A stretch of 64,000 bases of DNA, taken from assembly GCF_041886205.1 (NCBI RefSeq), contig NZ_CP169029.1; one strand, 5' to 3'. The stretch's first letter is position 1. Every line of letters begins with the position of its first letter. The notes under the pieces were generated by a model. It saw only the letters and a list, made by a program, of their open reading frames with translations, was not told the DNA's origin and did not search any database. The stretch comes from Escherichia coli (GTDB taxonomy: Bacteria; Pseudomonadota; Gammaproteobacteria; Enterobacterales; Enterobacteriaceae). Shown here piece by piece: positions 60,359-64,000 of the stretch. The translations under genes were made by a program, and so were the position numbers.

Positions 60359-63300
60359 ATGCCAATTATTAATAAAAAGTATCAAGAGCTTCAGTTAACA
60401 GATGAGTACATTACCGATCCACTGCTCATGGCCCTAGCCTGGAAGAAAAGCCATCACTACATACGTACCACAAATTGGTATGCTGACAACTTTGAACTAG
60501 ACCTGTCGGCTTTGGACCTAATGCAGCACTGTAAAGATTGGGTCAAGAGAATGCAGGACAAAAAAGAATTTAAATTTTCAGAGCTACAACTTGTTCCTGT
60601 ACCAAAAGCCTGTAAATGGGAGTTTAAGACTGTCGAAAATAAGGTTCTATGGCAACCTTGTGATGAAAAAGAACTTACCCTACGCCCCCTTGCCCATATA
60701 CCCATAGCTGAACAAACCATCATGACATTAGTCATGATGTGCCTAGCCAATACAATAGAAACCAAGCAAGGAAACCCAGACACCAGCTATGACATCGTCC
60801 ACCAGAAAGGTATCGTCAATTACGGAAATAGACTTTATTGTCAGTATATTGACGATAAAGCAGAGCACAGCTTCGGTGCAACAGTGACATATAGTAAATA
60901 CTTCACTGATTATCGGAAATTTTTAAATAGGCCTTATCATTTTGCGTCAAAAGCGCAAGGTGAAATTTCGCCGGACGAAGCCGTTTACATCATAGAACTA
61001 GATCTTGCGAAGTTTTTCGATTTAGTAAACAGGAAGACTCTAATTCAAAAGATAAAAAACCATATCAGTGAGTCAATAAACAATAAAGAAAACCCACTCG
61101 CCAATCATTTATTTAAATGTTTTGCAAACTGGGACTGGACTGCATCTAGCATAAAAAATTATGACATATGCAAGTCAGACGAAGTAACAGAAATACCAAA
61201 AGGCATCCCTCAAGGATTGGTTGCAGCAGGGTTTCTATCAAATATTTACTTACTTGAATTAGATCAATTCTTGCATAATAAAATTAACACAGACATAACT
61301 GATGACATTAAATTTGTTGATTACTGTCGATATGTCGATGACATGCGATTTGTGGTTAAGGTTAAAAAATCAAAAAATAATAATACCGCATTCATAAATG
61401 ATGTAATAACCAATCTTCTTAAAAATGAGATAGATAATCTTGGACTGATAATTAATCCTAAAAAAACAAAAGTAGAAATTTTTAGAGGCAAATCCGCAGG
61501 CATCTCGCGTAGCTTGGAAAACATCCAGACCAGATTAAGCGGCCCAATATCAATGGATAGCGCCAACGAACAACTTGGGCATCTTGAGTCATTATTAAGT
61601 CTGACAAAAACCGATTTTGAACCACCGAAAAATGGTAAATCAAATAGATTAGCTGAGATTGAAAAAGACCGTTTCGATGTCAGGGAGGACACTCTTAAGC
61701 GCTTTTCTGCCAATAAAATCAGTAAGATACTAAAAGAGTTAAGACATTTCATCTCGCAGGATATAGATACTGATGGGGAGGTTATTGCCGGGGAATGGGA
61801 TTATCTGCAAGAACGTTTGGCACGGCGTTTTATTGTCTGTTGGAGCCATGACCCGTCACTGGCACTGCTACTCAAGAAAGGGCTGGAACTTTTCCCTGAT
61901 CCTAAGCTATTAGACCCTATACTTGAACAGCTTTGCTCACTCATTGAAAGCGATAATGAAAAACAAAGTGCAGTAGCTACTTATTGCCTTGCTGAAATAT
62001 TTCGACATTCAGCAATGACTATTCATAAAAAAGACACCTATGCATTCCCTGCACAAGCCAATGTGGATGGGTACTTTGAAAAAATACAACATTGCGCCGC
62101 GACATTCATTAATAAGCGCAGCGCCTCTGACAACGAAACTTGGAACCTGTTAATTAATCAGGCTAGTTTTCTGTTGCTTGTGCGTTTAGATAATACATTA
62201 GAAAAAAATGGCACTGATGCCAGGCATGATCTTATCTTAAAACTGGCATCAGGCTTTAGAACAATTACACTTCCCACTAAAATGGATAGCAAGACTATAG
62301 CCTCATGTATTTTGTTGGCTAGTCAATTAGTTAAAGATAACAAACCATTTATTCGCTCCTGCGCTTCTTTGTGCGAAAGAATTTATGACAAAGAACACGT
62401 CATAAAATTGAAGAAAATAGTTAGCATAATATCACATCAAAACTTATCATTGTTTAAATCCTTAGTTTATCATTCACGACCTTTACAACAGAAGTGGCTA
62501 AACTCAGACTCCGTGAAAATAATAATTAATGAATGCCATATAGATATACAACCTTTGGCGACTTCTTTAGGCATGATAAAAAGTAGTCACTCATTACTTA
62601 GAATCATATCAAGACCTGATAACCCATTTGCCAATGAGATAATGGCATTAAAACTGATGCAAGCCCTTTTATTGGACAGGATTGTTTGCCTGGATAATAA
62701 AAAAGATTATCAAATAAGTGTAGCAAACACCAAAGTGACGTTTCATAACTACTCCAACCCTCCAACATCGAATGTCTTCGATGCAGGAATGGATATGGAT
62801 GCAAAATTATTCAAATCATCGGGATGGGTCGATTCTATTTTCACGGATGATGCAGACACTCAAATATTGTATAGAGTTGCCATGTGCATCCGTTCAGTAC
62901 TACTCGGCAAACAAGACTGGACAGATTTTGGTCAAGCAATTTCCCCCAAACAGGGTTATCGGGGTATTAAAACTAGTAGAGACAAACGTCAATTGGGGAT
63001 GATGACAACACCTGAGTCCATTGCCGGTGAGAACTCTCAGGTTTCTGGTTGGCTTACCACACTCTTATCCAAGTTGCTTGCCTGGCCGGGAATTTCAGTG
63101 GGTGATAATGGATATCAATGGCCAGCAATTTTTACAGTAGATGCTGTCAGAAAACTAGTTGATGCTCGGCTGAGTAAACTTAAGCAGGATTACTGCAAAC
63201 TATCAGGAACTCCGGGACTTACAGAAAAAATACAGTTCAACTGGTCTGACTCGAAAAAAGCCCTAACAGTTGCTATGGTCCAGTCAAAACTGCCTGCAAC

Positions 63301-64000
63301 GAAAGATTTTGTCAGCCATGGACTTCTTTTAAACTCCGCAAAGTATAGAGTGATTCATCGCAGACATGTTGCTGAAGTGGCTGATTTAGTTGTAAAACAC
63401 ACGCTTGCACAAAAAACAACTCAACGAACTCATGGTGAAAAAATAGAGAACATTGATTTAATAGTATGGCCTGAGCTCGCTGTACATAGTGACGATTTGG
63501 ATGTACTCATCGCCTTATCTAGAAAAACGAATGCAATCATATACTCGGGCCTGACATTTATTGAGCAACCTGGAATCAAAGGACCAAATAATTGTGCCGT
63601 TTGGATTGTCCCACCTAAAAGCAATAGCAGCCAGAAAGAAATGATAAGACTTCAAGGCAAGCATAATATGATGGAAGATGAGAAAGGCCGGGTTGAACCC
63701 TGGAGACCATACCAATTGATGCTTGAACTTGTTCACCCCCAATTTACTGATAAAAAAGGATTTGTTCTCACAGGCTCCATTTGTTATGACGCAACCGACA
63801 TCGCGCTAAGTGCAGATCTCAGGGATAAATCAAATGCTTATCTTGTAGCAGCATTAAACAGGGATGTTAATACATTCGATTCCATGGTTGAAGCACTGCA
63901 TTATCATATGTACCAGCATGTTGTGCTCGTTAACTCAGGGGAATTCGGAGGATCTTACGCTAAAGCACCTTACAAGGAGCCGTTTAATCGTTTGATTGCT
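60359..64000 (+). CDS. Defence-associated reverse transcriptase fused to a C-terminal nitrilase (CN-hydrolase) domain, DRT1/UG1-like; 3' end beyond window
   Basis: At least 1214 codons with no stop; RT motifs LDLAKFFD, GIPQGLVAAGFLSNIY, YVDD at 61331-61342, GLIINPKKT; long helical middle; nitrilase-like WPE (Glu 63473-63475), GKH, ICYD (Cys 63782-63784); not in ORF track because open-ended. Confidence 0.65.
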   Translation, partial: MPIINKKYQELQLTDEYITDPLLMALAWKKSHHYIRTTNWYADNFELDLSALDLMQHCKDWVKRMQDKKEFKFSELQLVPVPKACKWEFKTVENKVLWQPCDEKELTLRPLAHIPIAEQTIMTLVMMCLANTIETKQGNPDTSYDIVHQKGIVNYGNRLYCQYIDDKAEHSFGATVTYSKYFTDYRKFLNRPYHFASKAQGEISPDEAVYIIELDLAKFFDLVNRKTLIQKIKNHISESINNKENPLANHLFKCFANWDWTASSIKNYDICKSDEVTEIPKGIPQGLVAAGFLSNIYLLELDQFLHNKINTDITDDIKFVDYCRYVDDMRFVVKVKKSKNNNTAFINDVITNLLKNEIDNLGLIINPKKTKVEIFRGKSAGISRSLENIQTRLSGPISMDSANEQLGHLESLLSLTKTDFEPPKNGKSNRLAEIEKDRFDVREDTLKRFSANKISKILKELRHFISQDIDTDGEVIAGEWDYLQERLARRFIVCWSHDPSLALLLKKGLELFPDPKLLDPILEQLCSLIESDNEKQSAVATYCLAEIFRHSAMTIHKKDTYAFPAQANVDGYFEKIQHCAATFINKRSASDNETWNLLINQASFLLLVRLDNTLEKNGTDARHDLILKLASGFRTITLPTKMDSKTIASCILLASQLVKDNKPFIRSCASLCERIYDKEHVIKLKKIVSIISHQNLSLFKSLVYHSRPLQQKWLNSDSVKIIINECHIDIQPLATSLGMIKSSHSLLRIISRPDNPFANEIMALKLMQALLLDRIVCLDNKKDYQISVANTKVTFHNYSNPPTSNVFDAGMDMDAKLFKSSGWVDSIFTDDADTQILYRVAMCIRSVLLGKQDWTDFGQAISPKQGYRGIKTSRDKRQLGMMTTPESIAGENSQVSGWLTTLLSKLLAWPGISVGDNGYQWPAIFTVDAVRKLVDARLSKLKQDYCKLSGTPGLTEKIQFNWSDSKKALTVAMVQSKLPATKDFVSHGLLLNSAKYRVIHRRHVAEVADLVVKHTLAQKTTQRTHGEKIENIDLIVWPELAVHSDDLDVLIALSRKTNAIIYSGLTFIEQPGIKGPNNCAVWIVPPKSNSSQKEMIRLQGKHNMMEDEKGRVEPWRPYQLMLELVHPQFTDKKGFVLTGSICYDATDIALSADLRDKSNAYLVAALNRDVNTFDSMVEALHYHMYQHVVLVNSGEFGGSYAKAPYKEPFNRLIA

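Overview
Escherichia coli chromosomal segment whose gene order and products match the K-12 MG1655 map (about 2.78-2.83 Mb) in reverse orientation. The core part (1-34.1 kb) runs norV(partial)-norR, the glucitol operon (srlAEBD-gutM-srlR-gutQ), mltB, pncC, recA-recX, alaS, csrA, serV plus four tRNA-Arg, yqaB-yqaA, gshA, MicA sRNA, luxS, mprA-emrAB, ygaH-ygaZ, ygaY, proVWX, nrdHIEF, ygaM, ygaC, alaE. Two non-core parts follow. (i) An ~8.4 kb block (~34.8-43.1 kb) with no credible ORF in any frame, eukaryote-like microsatellites and homopolymers, sitting where the conserved stpA...gab...csiD genes are expected; I judge it most likely non-bacterial, synthetic or an assembly chimera rather than a real system. 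(ii) Downstream of tRNA-Ile(CAU) ileY (45.8 kb), an ~18 kb defence island: a hypothetical protein, an AlpA-like regulator and an HUH-motif protein; then on the minus strand hsdM-hsdS-hsdR, a McrBC-like pair with an atypical McrB, and an HTH protein; and a divergent reverse transcriptase-nitrilase fusion (DRT1/UG1-like, at least 1214 aa, cut by the window end). The RT-nitrilase plus the atypical McrBC module are the best candidates for something new, but each has described relatives. No CRISPR array and no integrase were seen. All identifications are from reading the sequence and the ORF translations; no database search was run.
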